Part shown: in pieces, positions 10,201 to 24,652 of the stretch
Layout of the letters: each line of letters begins with the position of its first letter
How positions within the stretch are numbered: the stretch's first letter is position 1
Assembly (NCBI RefSeq): GCF_009914755.1
Contig: NC_060942.1
Length of the DNA stretch: 64,000 bases
From: the human T2T-CHM13v2.0 reference genome, Homo sapiens
Direction: 5' to 3' (one strand)
Translations under genes and position numbers: made by a program
The notes under the pieces: generated by a model
What the model was told of the DNA's origin: nothing
What the model saw: only the letters and a program-made list of their open reading frames with translations
Database searches by the model: none

Positions 10201-13200
10201 GATTGTCTTCAGATCAAATCTAGACAGAAGCATTCTCAGAAACTTCTTTGGGATGTTTGCATTCAAGTCACAGAGTAGAACATTCCCTTTGGTAGAGCAG
10301 GTTTGAAACACTCTTTTTTTAGTATCTGGAAGTGGACATTTGGAGCGCTTTCAGGCCTATGTTGGAAAGGGAAATATCTTCCCATAACAACTAGACAGAA
10401 GCATTCTCAGAAACTAGTTTCTGATGTGTGTCCTCAACTAACACAGTTGAACATTTCTTTAGACAGAACAGTTTTGAAACTCTCTTTTTGTGGAATCTGC
10501 AAGTGGCTATTTGGCTAGATTTGAGGATTTCGTTGGAAACGGGATTACATATAAAAAGCAGACAGCAGCATTCTCAGAAAGTTCTTTGTGATGATTGCAT
10601 TCAAGTCACAGAATTGAACATTCCCTTTCACAGAGCAGGTTTGAAACACTCTTTTTATAGTGTGTGTAAGTGGACATTTGGAGCACTTTCCGGCCTAAGG
10701 TGAAAAAGGAAATATCTTCCCATAAAAACTAGACAGAAGCATTCTCAGAAACTTACTCGTGATGTGTGTCCTCAACTAAAGGAGTAGAACCTTTCTTTTC
10801 ATAGAGAAGTTTTGAAACGCTCTTTTTGTGGAATCTGCAAGTGGATATTTGGCTAGTTTGGAGGATTTCGTTGGAAGCGGGAATTCATACAAATTGCAGA
10901 CTGCAGCGTTCTGAGAAACATCTTTGTGATGTTTGTATTCAGGACACAGAGTTGAACATTCCCTATCATAGAGCAGGTTGGAATCACTCCTTTTGTAGTA
11001 TCTGGAAGTGGACATTTGGAGCGCTTTCAGGCCTATGTTGGAAAAGGAAATATCTTCCCATAACAACTAGACAGAAGCATTCTCAGAAACTTATTTGAGA
11101 TGTGTGTACTCAACTAAGAGAATTGAACCACCGTTTTGAAGGAGCAGTTTTGAAACACTCTTTTTCTGGAATCTGCAAGTGGATATTTGGCTAGCTTTGG
11201 GGATTTCGCTGGAAGCGGGAATACATATAAAAAGCACACAGCAGCGTTCTGAGAAACTGCTTTCTGATGTTTGCATTCAAGTCAAAAGTTGAACACTCCC
11301 TTTCATAGAGCAGTCCTGAAACACTCCTTTTGTAGTATCTGGAACTGGACTTTTGGAGCGCTTTCAGGGCTAAGGTGAAAAAGGAAATATCTTCCCATAA
11401 AAACTGGACAGAAGCATTCTCAGAAACTTGTTTATGCTGTATCTACTCAACTAACAAAGTTGAACCTTTCTTTTGATAGAGCAGTTTTGAAATGCTCTTT
11501 TTGTGGAATCTGCAAGTGGATATTTGGCTAGTTTTGAGGATTTCGTTGGAAGCGGGAATTCATACAAATTGCAGACTGCAGCGTTCTGAGAAACATCTTT
11601 GTGATGTTTGTATTCAGGACAGAGAGTTGAACATTCCCTATCATAGAGCAGGTTGGAATCACTCCTTTTGTAGTATCTGGAAGTGGACATTTGGAGCGCT
11701 TTCAGGCCTATGTTGAAAAAGGAAATATCTTCCCATAACAACTAGACACAAGCATTCTCAGAAACTTGTTTGTGATGTGTGCCCTCTAGTGACAGAGTTG
11801 AACCTTTCTTTTCATAGAGCAGTTTTGAAACACTCTTTTTGTAGAATCTGCAAGAGGATATTTGCATAGCTTTGAGGATTTCGTGGGAAACGGGATTGTC
11901 TTCAGGTAAAATCTAGACAGAAGCATTCTCAGAAACTTCTTTGGGATGTTTGCATTCAAGTCACAGAGCAGAACATTCCCTTTGGTAGAGCAGGTTTGAA
12001 ACACTCTTTTTGTAGTATCTGGAAGTGGACATTTGGAGCGCTCTCAGGCCTATGCTGGAAAGGGAAATATCTTCCGGTAACAACTAGGCAGAAGCATTCT
12101 CAGAAACTTATTTGAGATGTGTGTACTCAACTAAGAGAATTGAACCACCGTTTTGAAGGAGCAGTTTTGAAACACTCTTTTTCTGGAATCTGCAAGAGGA
12201 TATTTGCCTAGCTTTGAGGATTTCGTTGGAAACGGGATTGTCTTCAGATCAAATCTAGACAGAAGCATTCTCAGAAACTTCTTTGGGATGTTTGCATTCA
12301 AGTCACAGAGTAGAACATTCCCTTTGGTAGAGCAGGTTTGAAACACTCTTTTTTTAGTATATGGAAGTGGACATTTGGAGCGCTTTCAGGCCTACGTTGG
12401 AAAAGGAAATATCTTCCCATAACAATTAGACAGAAGCATTCTCAGAAACTAGTTTCTGATGTGTGTCCTCAACTAACACAGTTGAACATTTCTTTAGACA
12501 GAACAGTTTTGAAACTCTCTTTTTGTGGAATCTGCAAGTGGCTATTTGGCTAGATTTGAGGATTTCGTTGGAAACGGGATTACATATAAAAAGCAGACAG
12601 CAGCATTCTCAGAACGTTCTTTGTGATGATTACATTCAAGTCACAGAATTGAACATTCCCTTTCACAGAGCAGGTTTGAAACACTCTTTTTGTAGTGTGT
12701 GTAAGTGGACATTTGGAGCACTTTCCAGCCTAAGGTGAAAAAGGAAATATCTTCCCATAAAAACTAGACAGAAGCATTCTCAGAAACTTACTCGTGATGT
12801 GTGTCCTCAACTAAAGGAGTAGAACCTTTCTTTTCATAGAGAAGTTTTGAAACGCTCTTTTTGTGGAATCTGCAAGTGGATATTTGGCTAGTTTGGAGGA
12901 TTTCGTTGGAAGCGGGAATTCATACAAATTGCAGACTGCAGCTTTCCGAGAAACATCTTTGTGATGTCTGTATTCAGGACACAGAGTTGAACATTCCCTA
13001 TCATAGAGCAGGTTTGAATCACTCCTTTTGTAGTATCTGGAAGTGGACATTTGGAGCGCTTTCAGGCCTATGTTGGAAAAGGAAATATCTTCCCATAACA
13101 ACTAGACAGAAGCATTCTCAGAAACTTATTTGAGATGTGTGTACTCAACTAAGAGAATTGAACCACCGTTTTGAAGGAGCAGTTTTGAAACACTCTTTTT

Positions 13201-16200
13201 CTGGAATCTGCAAGTGGATATTTGGCTAGCTTTGGGGATTTCGCTGGAAGCGGGAATACATATAAAAAGCCCACAGCAGCGTTCTGAGAAACTGCTTTCT
13301 GATGTTTGCATTCAAGTCAAAAGTTGAACACTCCCTTTCATAGTGCAGTCCTGAAACACTCCTTTTGTAGTATCTGGAACTGGACTTTTGGAGCGCTTTC
13401 AGGGCTAAGGTGAAAAAGGAAATATCTTCCCATAAAAACTGGACAGAAGCATTCTCAGAAACTTGTTTATGCTGTATCTACTCAACTAACAAAGTTGAAC
13501 CTTTCTTTTGATAGAGCAGTTTTGAAATGCTCTTTTTGTGGAATCTGCAAGTGGATATTTGGCTAGTTTTGAGGATTTCGTTGGAAGCGGGAATTCATAC
13601 AAATTGCAGACTGCAGCGTTCTGAGAAACATCTTTGTGATGTTTGTATTCAGGACAGAGAGTTGAACATTCCCTATCATAGAGCAGGTTGGAATCACTCC
13701 TTTTGTAGTATCTGGAAGTGGACATTTGGAGCGCTTTCAGGCCTATGTTGAAAAAGGAAATATCTTCCCATAACAACTAGACACAAGCATTCTCAGAAAC
13801 TTGTTTGTGATGTGTGCCCTCTACTGACAGAGTTGAACCTTTCTTTTCATAGAGCAGTTTTGAAACACTCTTTTTGTAGAATCTGCAAGAGGATATTTGC
13901 ATAGCTTTGAGAATTTCGTGGGAAACGGGATTGTCTTCAGGTAAAATCTAGACAGAAGCATTCTCAGAAACTTCTTTGGGATGTTTGCATTCAAGTCACA
14001 GAGTAGAACATTCCCTTTGGTAGAGCAGGTTTGAAACACTCTTTTTGTAGTATCTGGAAGTGGACATTTGGAGCGCTTTCAGGCCTATGTTGGAAAGGGA
14101 AATATCTTCCCGTAACAACTAGGCAGAAGCATTCTCAGAAACTTATTTGAGATGTGTGTACTCAACTAAGAGAATTGAACGACCGTTTTGAAGGAGCAGT
14201 TTTGAAACACTCTTTTTCTGGAATCTGCAAGAGGATATTTGCCTAGCCTTGAGGATTTCGTTGGAAACGGGATTGTCTTCAGATCAAATCTAGACAGAAG
14301 CATTCTCAGAAACTTCTTTGGGATGTTTGCATTCAAGTCACAGAGTAGAACATTCCCTTTGGTAGAGCAGGTTTGAAACACTCTTTTTTTAGTATATGGA
14401 AGTGGACATTTGGAGCGCCTTCAGGCCTACGTTGGAAAAGGAAATATCTTCCCGTAACAACTAGACAGAAGCATTCTCAGAAACTAGTTTCTGATGTGTG
14501 TCCTCAACTAACACAGTTGAACATTTCTTTAGACAGAACAGTTTTGAAACTCTCTTTTTGTGGAATCTGCAAGTGGCTATTTGGCTAGATTTGAGGATTT
14601 CGTTGGAAACGGGATTACATATAAAAAGCAGACAGCAGCATTCTCAGAAAGTTCTTTGTGATGATTGCATTCAAGTCACAGAATTGAACATTCCCTTTCA
14701 CAGAGCAGGTTTGAAACACTCTTTTTATAGTGTGTGTAAGTGGACATTTGGAGCACTTTCCGGCCTAAGGTGAAAAAGGAAATATCTTCCCATAAAAACT
14801 AGACAGAAGCATTCTCAGAAACTTACTCGTGATGTGTGTCCTCAACTAAAGGAGTAGAACCTTTGTTTTCATAGAGAAGTTTTGAAACGCTCTTTTTGTG
14901 GAATCTGCAAGTGGATATTTGGCTAGTTTTGAGGATTTCGTTGGAAGCGGGAATTCATACAAATTGCAGACTGCAGCGTTCTGAGAAACATCTTTGTGAT
15001 GTTTGTATTCAGGACACAGAGTTGAACATTCCCTATCATAGAGCAGGTTTGAATCACTCCTTTTGTAGTATCTGGAAGTGGACATTTGGAGCGCTTTCAG
15101 GCCTATGTTGGAAAAGGAAATATCTTCCCATAACAACTAGACAGAAGCATTCTCAGAAACTTATTTGAGATGTGTGTACTCAACTAAGAGAATTGAACCA
15201 CCGTTTTGAAGGAGCAGTTTTGAAACACTCTTTTTCTGGAATCTGCAAGTGGATATTTGGCTAGCTTTGGGGATTTCGCTGGAAGCGGGAATACATATAA
15301 AAAGCACACAGCAGCGTTCTGAGAAACTGCTTTCTGATGTTTGCATTCAAGTCAAAAGTTGAACACTCCCTTTCATAGAGCAGTCCTGAAACACTCCTTT
15401 CGTAGTATCTGGAACTGGACTTTTGGAGCGCTTTCAGGGCTAAGGTGAAAAAGGAAATATCTTCCCATAAAAACTGGACAGAAGCATTCTCAGAAACTTG
15501 TTTATGCTGTATCTACTCAACTAACAAAGTTGAACCTTTCTTTTGATAGAGCAGTTTTGAAATGCTCTTTTTGTGGAATCTGCAAGTGGATATTTGGCTA
15601 GTTTTGAGGATTTCGTTGGAAGCGGGAATTCATACAAATTGCAGACTGCAGCGTTCTGAGAAACATCTTTGTGATGTTTGTATTCAGGACAGAGAGTTGA
15701 ACATTCCCTATCATAGAGCAGGTTGGAATCACTCCTTTTGTAGTATCTGGAAGTGGACATTTGGAGCGCTTTCAGGCCTATGTTGAAAAAGGAAATATCT
15801 TCCCATAACAACTAGACACAAGCATTCTCAGAAACTTGTTTGTGATGTGTGCCCTCTACTGACAGAGTTGAACCTTTCTTTTCATAGAGCAGTTTTGAAA
15901 CACTCTTTTTGTAGAATCTGCAAGAGGATATTTGCATAGCTTTGAGGATTACGTGGGAAACGGGATAGTCTTCAGGTAAAATCTAGACAGAAGCATTCTC
16001 AGAAACTTCTTTGGGATGTTTGCATTCAAGTCACAGAGTAGAACATTCCCTTTGGTAGAGTAGGTTTGAAACACTCTTTTTGTAGTATCTGGAAGTGGAC
16101 ATTTGGAGCGCTTTCAGGCCTATGTTGGAAAGGGAAATATCTTCCCGTAACAACTAGGCAGAAGCATTCTCAGAAACTTATTTGAGATGTGTGTATTCAA

Positions 16201-16506
16201 CTAAGAGAATTGAACCACCGTTTTGAAGGAGCAGTTTTGAAACACTCTTTTTCTGGAATCTGCAAGAGGATATTTGCCTAGCCTTGAGGATTTCGTTGGA
16301 AACGGGATTGTCTTCAGATCAAATCTATACAGAAGCATTCTCAGAAACTTCTTTGGGATGTTTGCATTCAAGTCACAGAGTAGAACATTCCCTTTGGTAG
16401 AGCAGGTTTGAAACACTCTTTTTTTAGTATCTGGAAGTGGACATTTGGAGCGCATTCAGGCCTACGTTGGAAAAGGAAATATCTTCCCATAACAACTAGA
16501 CAGAAG
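4297..16506 (+). repeat. Six consecutive canonical 12-mers (starts 4297, 6332, 8367, 10402, 12437, 14472)
   Basis: Exact 2035-bp period in both the sequence and the ORF track. Confidence 0.95.
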
Positions 16507-17527
16507 CATTCTCAGAAACTAGTTTCTGATGTGTGTCCTCAACTAACACAGTTGCACATTTCTTTAGACAGAACAGTTTTGAAACACTCTTTTTGTGGAA
16601 TCTGCAAGTGGCTATTTGGCTAGATTTGAGGATTTCGTTGGAAACGGGATTACATATAAAAAGCAGTCAGCAGCATTCTCAGAAAGTTCTTTGTGATGAT
16701 TGCATTCAAGTCACAGAATTGAACATTCCCTTTCACAGAGCAGGTTTGAAATACTCTTTTTTAGTGTGTGTAATTGGACATTTGGAGCACTTTCCGGCCT
16801 AAGGTGAAAAAGGAAATATCTTCCCATAAAAACTAGACAGAAGCATTCTCAGAAACTTACTCGTGATGTGTGTCCTCCACTAAATGAGTAGAACCTTTCT
16901 TTTCATAGAGAAGTTTTGAAACGCTCTTTTTGTAGAATCTGCAAGAGGATATTTGCATAGCTTTGAGGATTTCGTGGGAAACGGGATTGTCTTCAGGTAA
17001 AATCTAGACAGAAGCATTCTGAGAAACTTCTTTGGGATGTTTGCATTCAAGTCACAGAGTAGAACATTCCCTTTGGTAGAGCAGGTTTGAAACACTCATT
17101 TTGTATTATCTGGAAGTGGACATTTGGAGCGCTTTCAGGCCTATGTTGGAAAGGGAAATATCTTCCCGTAACAACTAGGCAGAAGCATTCTCAGAAACTT
17201 ATTTGAGATGTGTGTACTCAACTAAGAGAATTGAATCACCGTTTTGAAGGAGCTGTTTTGAAACACTCTTTTTCTGGAATCTGCAAGAGGATATTTGCCT
17301 AGCCTTGAGGATTTCGTTGGAAACGGGATTGTCTTTAGATCAAATCTAGACAGAAGCATTCTCAGAAACTTCTTTGGGATGTTTGCATTCAAGTCACAGA
17401 GTAGAACATTCCCTTTGGTAGAGCAGGTTTGAAACACTCTTTTTTTAGTATATGGAAGTGGACATTTGGAGCGCTTTCAGGCCTACGTTGGAAAAGGAAA
17501 TATCTTCCCATAACAACTAGACAGAAG
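16507..17527 (+). repeat. 6-mer HOR variant m1-m2-m3/9-m10-m11-m12, copy 1 (1021 bp)
   Basis: The m3 head (TTACTCGTG...GAAACGCTC) joins the m9 tail (TGTAGAATCTGCAAGAGG) at about 16924-16933. m4-m8 are absent. Confidence 0.95.
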
Positions 17528-20500
17528 CATTCTCAGAAACTAGTTTCTGATGTGTTTCCTCAACTAACACAGTTGAACATTTCTTTAGACAGAACAGTTT
17601 TGAAACACTCTTTTTGTGGAATCTGGAAGTGGCTATTTGGCTAGATTTGAGGATTTCGTTGGAAACGGGATTACATATAAAAAGCAGACAGCAGCATTCT
17701 CAGAAAGTTCTTTGTGATGATTGCATTCAAGTCACAGTATTGAACATTCCCTTTCACAGAGCAGGTTTGAAACACTCTTTTTGTAGTGTGTGTAAGTGGA
17801 CATTTGGAGCACTTTCCGGCCTAAGGTGAAGAAGGGAATATCTTCCCATAAAAACTAGACAGAAGCATTCTCAGAAACTTACTCGTGATGTGTGTCCTCC
17901 ACTAAAGGAGTAGAACCTTTCTTTTCATAGAGAAGTTTTGAAACGCTCTTTTTGTGGAATCTGCAAGTGGATATTTGGCTAGTTTGGAAGATTTCGTTGG
18001 AAGCGGGAATTCATACAAATTGCAGACTGCAGCGTTCTGAGAAACATCTTTGTGATGTTTGTATTCAGGACACTGAGTTGAACATTCCCTATCATAGAGC
18101 AGGTTTGAATCACTCCTTTTGTAGTATCTGGAAGTGGACATTTGGAGCGCTTTCAGGCCTATGTTGGAAAAGGAAATATCTTCCCATAACAACTAGACAG
18201 AAGCATTCTCAGAAACTTATTTGAGATGTGTGTACTCAACTAAGAGAATTGAACCACCGTTTTGAAGGAGCAGTTTTGAAACACTCTTTTTCTGGAATCT
18301 GCAAGTGGATATTTGGCTAGCTTTGGGGATTTCGCTGGAAGCGGGAATACATATAAAAAGCACACAGCAGCGTTCTGAGAAACTGCTTTCTGATGTTTGC
18401 ATTCAAGTCAAAAGTTGAACACTCCCTTTCATAGAGCAGTCCTGAAACACTCCTTTTGTAGTATCTGGAACTGGACTTTTGGAGCGCTTTCAGGGCTAAG
18501 GTGAAAAAGGAAATATCTTCCCATAAAAACTGGACAGAAGCATTCTCAGAAACTTGTTTATGCTGTATCTACTCAACTAACAAAGTTGAACCTTTCTTTT
18601 GATAGAGCAGTTTTGAAATGCTCTTTTTGTGGAATCTGCAAGTGGATATTTGGCTAGTTTTGAGGATTTCGTTGGAAGCGGGAATTCATACAAATTGCAG
18701 ACTGCAGCGTTCTGAGAAACATCTTTGTGATGTTTGTATTCAGGACAGAGAGTTGAACATTCCCTATCATAGAGCAGGTTGGAATCACTCCTTTTGTAGT
18801 ATCTGGAAGTGGACATTTGGAGCGCTTTCAGGCCTATGTTGAAAAAGGAAATATCTTCCCATAACAACTAGACACAAGCATTCTCAGAAACTTGTTTGTG
18901 ATGTGTGCCCTCTACTGACAGAGTTGAACCTTTCTTTTCATAGAGCAGTTTTGAAACACTCTTTTTGTAGAATCTGCAAGAGGATATTTGCATAGCTTTG
19001 AGGATTTCGTGGGAAACGGGATTGTCTTCAGGTAAAATCTAGACAGAAGCATTCTCAGAAACTTCTTTGGGATGTTTGCATTCAAGTCACAGAGTAGAAC
19101 ATTCCCTTTGGTAGAGCAGGTTTGAAACACTCTTTTTGTAGTATCTGGAAGTGGACATTTGGAGCGCTTTCAGGCCTATGTTGGAAAGGGAAATATCTTC
19201 CCGTAACAACTAGGCAGAAGCATTCTCAGAAACTTATTTGAGATGTGTGTACTCAACTAAGAGAATTGAACCACCGTTTTGAAGGAGCAGTTTTGAAACA
19301 CTCTTTTTCTGGAATCTGCAAGAGGATATTTGCCTAGCCTTGACGATTTCGTTGGAAACGGGATTGTCTTCAGATCAAATCTAGACAGAAGCATTCTCAG
19401 AAACTTCTTTGGGATGTTTGCATTCAAGTCACAGAGTAGAACATTCCCTTTGGTAGAGCAGGTTTGAAACACTCTTTTTTTAGTATATGGAAGTGGACAT
19501 TTGGAGCGCTTTCAGGCCTACGTTGGAAAAGGAAATATCTTCCCATAACAACTAGACAGAAGCATTCTCAGAAACTAGTTTCTGATGTGTGTCCTCAACT
19601 AACACAGTTGAACATTTCTTTAGACAGAACAGTTTTGAAACTCTCTTTTTGTGGAATCTGCAAGTGGCTATTTGGCTAGATTTGAGGATTTCGTTGGAAA
19701 CGGGATTACATATAAAAAGCAGACAGCAGCATTCTCAGAAAGTTCTTTGTGATGATTGCATTCAAGTCACAGAGTTGAACATTCCCTTTCACAGAGCAGG
19801 TTTGAAACACTCTTTTTATAGTGTGTGTAAGTGGACATTTGGAGCACTTTCCGGCCTAAGGTGAAAAAGGAAATATCTTCCCATAAAAACTAGACAGAAG
19901 CATTCTCAGAAACTTACTCGTGATGTGTGTCCTCAACTAAAGGAGTAGAACCTTTGTTTTCATAGAGAAGTTTTGAAACGCTCTTTTTGTGGAATCTGCA
20001 AGTGGATATTTGGCTAGTTTGGAGGATTTCGTTGGAAGCGGGAATTCATACAAATTGCAGACTGCAGCGTTCTGAGAAACATCTTTGTGATGTTTGTATT
20101 CAGGACACAGAGTTGAACATTCCCTATCATAGAGCAGGTTTGAATCACTCCTTTTGTAGTATCTGGAAGTGGACATTTGGAGCGCTTTCAGGCCTATGTT
20201 GGAAAAGGAAATATCTTCCCATAACAACTAGACAGAAGCATTCTCAGAAACTTATTTGAGATGTGTGTACTCAACTAAGAGAATTGAACCACCGTTTTGA
20301 AGGAGCAGTTTTGAAACACTCTTTTTCTGGAATCTGCAAGTGGATATTTGGCTAGCTTTGGGGATTTCGCTGGAAGCGGGAATACATATAAAAAGCACAC
20401 AGCAGCGTTCTGAGAAACTGCTTTCTGATGTTTGCATTCAAGTCAAAAGTTGAACACTCCCTTTCATAGAGCAGTCCTGAAACACTCCTTTTGTAGTATC

Positions 20501-21597
20501 TGGAACTGGACTTTTGGAGCGCTTTCAGGGCTAAGGTGAAAAAGGAAATATCTTCCCATAAAAACTGGACAGAAGCATTCTCAGAAACTTGTTTATGCTG
20601 TATCTACTCAACTAACAAAGTTGAACCTTTCTTTTGATAGAGCAGTTTTGAAATGCTCTTTTTGTGGAATCTGCAAGTGGATATTTGGCTAGTTTTGAGG
20701 ATTTCGTTGGAAGCGGGAATTCATACAAATTGCAGACTGCAGCGTTCTGAGAAACATCTTTGTGATGTTTGTATTCAGGACAGAGAGTTGAACATTCCCT
20801 ATCATAGAGCAGGTTGGAATCACTCCTTTTGTAGTATCTGGAAGTGGACATTTGGAGCGCTTTCAGGCCTATGTTGAAAAAGGAAATATCTTCCCATAAC
20901 AACTAGACACAAGCATTCTCAGAAACTTGTTTGTGATGTGTGCCCTCTACTGACAGAGTTGAACCTTTCTTTTCATAGAGCAGTTTTGAAACACTCTTTT
21001 TGTAGAATCTGCAAGAGGATATTTGCATAGCTTTGAGGATTACGTGGGAAACGGGATAGTCTTCAGGTAAAATCTAGACAGAAGCATTCTCAGAAACTTC
21101 TTTGGGATGTTTGCATTCAAGTCACAGAGTAGAACATTCCCTTTGGTAGAGTAGGTTTGAAACACTCTTTTTGTAGTATCTGGAAGTGGACATTTGGAGC
21201 GCTTTCAGGCCTATGTTGGAAAGGGAAATATCTTCCCGTAACAACTAGGCAGAAGCATTCTCAGAAACTTATTTGAGATGTGTGTATTCAACTAAGAGAA
21301 TTGAACCACCGTTTTGAAGGAGCAGTTTTGAAACACTCTTTTTCTGGAATCTGAAAGAGGATATTTGCCTAGCCTTGAGGATTTCGTTGGAAACGGGATT
21401 GTCTTCAGATCAAATCTAGACAGAAGCATTCTCAGAAACTTCTTTGGGATGTTTGCATTCAAGTCACAGAGTAGAACATTCCCTTTGGTAGAGCAGGTTT
21501 GAAACACTCTTTTTTTAGTATATGGAAGTGGACATTTGGAGCGCATTCAGGCCTACGTTGGAAAAGGAAATATCTTCCCATAACAACTAGACAGAAG

Positions 21598-22617
21598 CAT
21601 TCTCAGAAACTAGTTTCTGATGTGTGTCCTCAACTAACACAGTTGCACATTCTTTAGACAGAACAGTTTTGAAACACTCTTTTTGTGGAATCTGCAAGTG
21701 GCTATTTGGCTAGATTTGAGGATTTCGTTGGAAACGGGATTACATATAAAAAGCAGTCAGCAGCATTCTCAGAAAGTTCTTTGTGATGATTGCATTCAAG
21801 TCACAGAATTGAACATTCCCTTTCACAGAGCAGGTTTGAAATACTCTTTTTTAGTGTGTGTAATTGGACATCTGGAGCACTTTCCGGCCTAAGGTGAAAA
21901 AGGAAATATCTTCCCATAAAAACTAGACAGAAGCATTCTCAGAAACTTACTCGTGATGTGTGTCCTCCACTAAATGAGTAGAACCTTTCTTTTCATAGAG
22001 AAGTTTTGAAACGCTCTTTTTGTAGAATCTGCAAGAGGATATTTGCATAGCTTTGAGGATTTCGTGGGAAACGGGATTGTCTTCAGGTAAAATCTAGACA
22101 GAAGCATTCTGAGAAACTTCTTTGGGATGTTTGCATTCAAGTCACAGAGTAGAACATTCCCTTTGGTAGAGCAGGTTTGAAACACTCTTTTTGTATTATC
22201 TGGAAGTGGACATTTGGAGCGCTTTCAGGCCTATGTTGGAAAGGGAAATATCTTCCCGTAACAACTAGGCAGAAGCATTCTCAGAAACTTATTTGAGATG
22301 TGTGTACTCAACTAAGAGAATTGAATCACCGTTTTGAAGGAGCAGTTTTGAAACACTCTTTTTCTGGAATCTGCAAGAGGATATTTGCCTAGCCTTGAGG
22401 ATTTCGTTGGAAACGGGATTGTCTTTAGATCAAATCTAGACAGAAGCATTCTCAGAAACTTCTTTGGGATGTTTGCATTCAAGTCACAGAGTAGAACATT
22501 CCCTTTGGTAGAGCAGGTTTGAAACACTCTTTTTTTAGTATATGGAAGTGGACATTTGGAGCGCTTTCAGGCCTACGTTGGAAAAGGAAATATCTTCCCA
22601 TAACAACTAGACAGAAG
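21598..22617 (+). repeat. 6-mer HOR variant, copy 2 (1020 bp)
   Basis: Same junction and private SNVs as copy 1, plus a 1-bp deletion in m1. Confidence 0.95.
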
Positions 22618-24652
22618 CATTCTCAGAAACTAGTTTCTGATGTGTTTCCTCAACTAACACAGTTGAACATTTCTTTAGACAGAACAGTTTTGAAACACTC
22701 TTTTTGTGGAATCTGCAAGTGGCTATTTGGCTAGATTTGAGGATTTCGTTGGAAACGGGATTACATATAAAAAGCAGACAGCAGCATTCTCAGAAAGTTC
22801 TTTGTGATGATTGCATTCAAGTCACAGAATTGAACATTCCCTTTCACAGAGCAGGTTTGAAACACTCTTTTTGTAGTGTGTGTAAGTGGACATTTGGAGC
22901 ACTTTCCGGCCTAAGGTGAAAAAGGAAATATCTTCCCATAAAAACTAGACAGAAGCATTCTCAGAAACTTACTCGTGATGTGTGTCCTCAACTAAAGGAG
23001 TAGAACCTTTCTTTTCATAGAGAAGTTTTGAAACGCTCTTTTTGTGGAATCTGCAAGTGGATATTTGGCTAGTTTGGAGGATTTCGTTGGAAGCGGGAAT
23101 TCATACAAATTGCAGACTGCAGCGTTCTGAGAAACATCTTTGTGATGTTTGTATTCAGGACACAGAGTTGAACATTCCCTATCATAGAGCAGGTTTGAAT
23201 CATTCCTTTTGTAGTATCTGGAAGTGGACATTTGGAGCGCTTTCAGGCCTATGTTGGAAAAGGAAATATCTTCCCATAACAACTAGACAGAAGCATTCTC
23301 AGAAACTTATTTGAGATGGGTGTACTCAACTAAGAGAATTGAATCACCGTTTTGAAGGAGCAGTTTTGAAACACTCTTTTTCTGGAATCTGCAAGTGGAT
23401 ATTTGGCTAGCTTTGGGGATTTCGCTGGAAGCGGGAATACATATAAAAAGCACACAGCAGCGTTCTGAGAAACTGCTTTCTGATGTTTGCATTCAAGTCA
23501 AAAGTTGAACACTCCCTTTCATAGAGCAGTCCTGAAACACTCCTTTTGTAGTATCTGGAACTGGACTTTTGGAGCGCTTTCAGGGCTAAGGTGAAAAAGG
23601 AAATATCTTCCCATAAAAACTGGACAGAAGCATTCTCAGAAACTTGTTTATGCTGTATCTACTCAACTAACAAAGTTGAACCTTTCTTTTGATAGAGCAG
23701 TTTTGAAATGCTCTTTTTGTGGAATCTGCAAGTGGATATTTGGCTAGTTTTGAGGATTTCGTTGGAAGCGGGAATTCATACAAATTGCAGACTGCAGCGT
23801 TCTGAGAAACATCTTTGTGATGTTTGTATTCAGGACAGAGAGTTGAACATTCCCTATCATAGAGCAGGTTGGAATCACTCCTTTTGTAGTATCTGGAAGT
23901 GGACATTTGGAGCGCTTTCAGGCCTATGTTGAAAAAGGAAATATCTTCCCATAACAACTAGACACAAGCATTCTCAGAAACTTGTTTGTGATGTGTGCCC
24001 TCTACTGACAGAGTTGAACCTTTCTTTTCATAGAGCAGCTTTGAAACACTCTTTTTGTAGAATCTGCAAGAGGATATTTGCATAGCTTTGAGGATTTCGT
24101 GGGAAACGGGATTGTCTTAAGGTAAAATCTAGACAGAAGCATTCTCAGAAACTTCTTTGGGATGTTTGCATTCAAGTCACAGAGTAGAACATTCCCTTTG
24201 GTAGAGCAGGTTTGAAACACTCTTTTTATAGTATCTGGAAGTGGACATTTGGAGCGCTTTCAGGCCTATGTTGGAAAGGGAAATATCTTCCCGTAACAAC
24301 TAGGCAGAAGCATTCTCAGAAACTTATTTGAGATGTGTGTACTCAACTAAGAGAATTGAACCACCGTTTTGAAGGAGCAGTTTTGAAACACTCTTTTTCT
24401 GGAATCTGCAAGAGGATATTTGCCTAGCTTTGAGGATTTCGTTGGAAACGGGATTGTCTTCAGATCAAATCTAGACAGAAGCATTCTCAGAAACTTCTTT
24501 GGGATGTTTGCATTCAAGTCACAGAGTAGAACATTCCCTTTGGTAGAGCAGGTTTGAAACACTCTTTTTTTAGTATATGGAAGTAGACATTTGGAGCGCT
24601 TTCAGGCCTACGTTGGAAAAGGAAATATCTTCCCATAACAATTAGACAGAAG

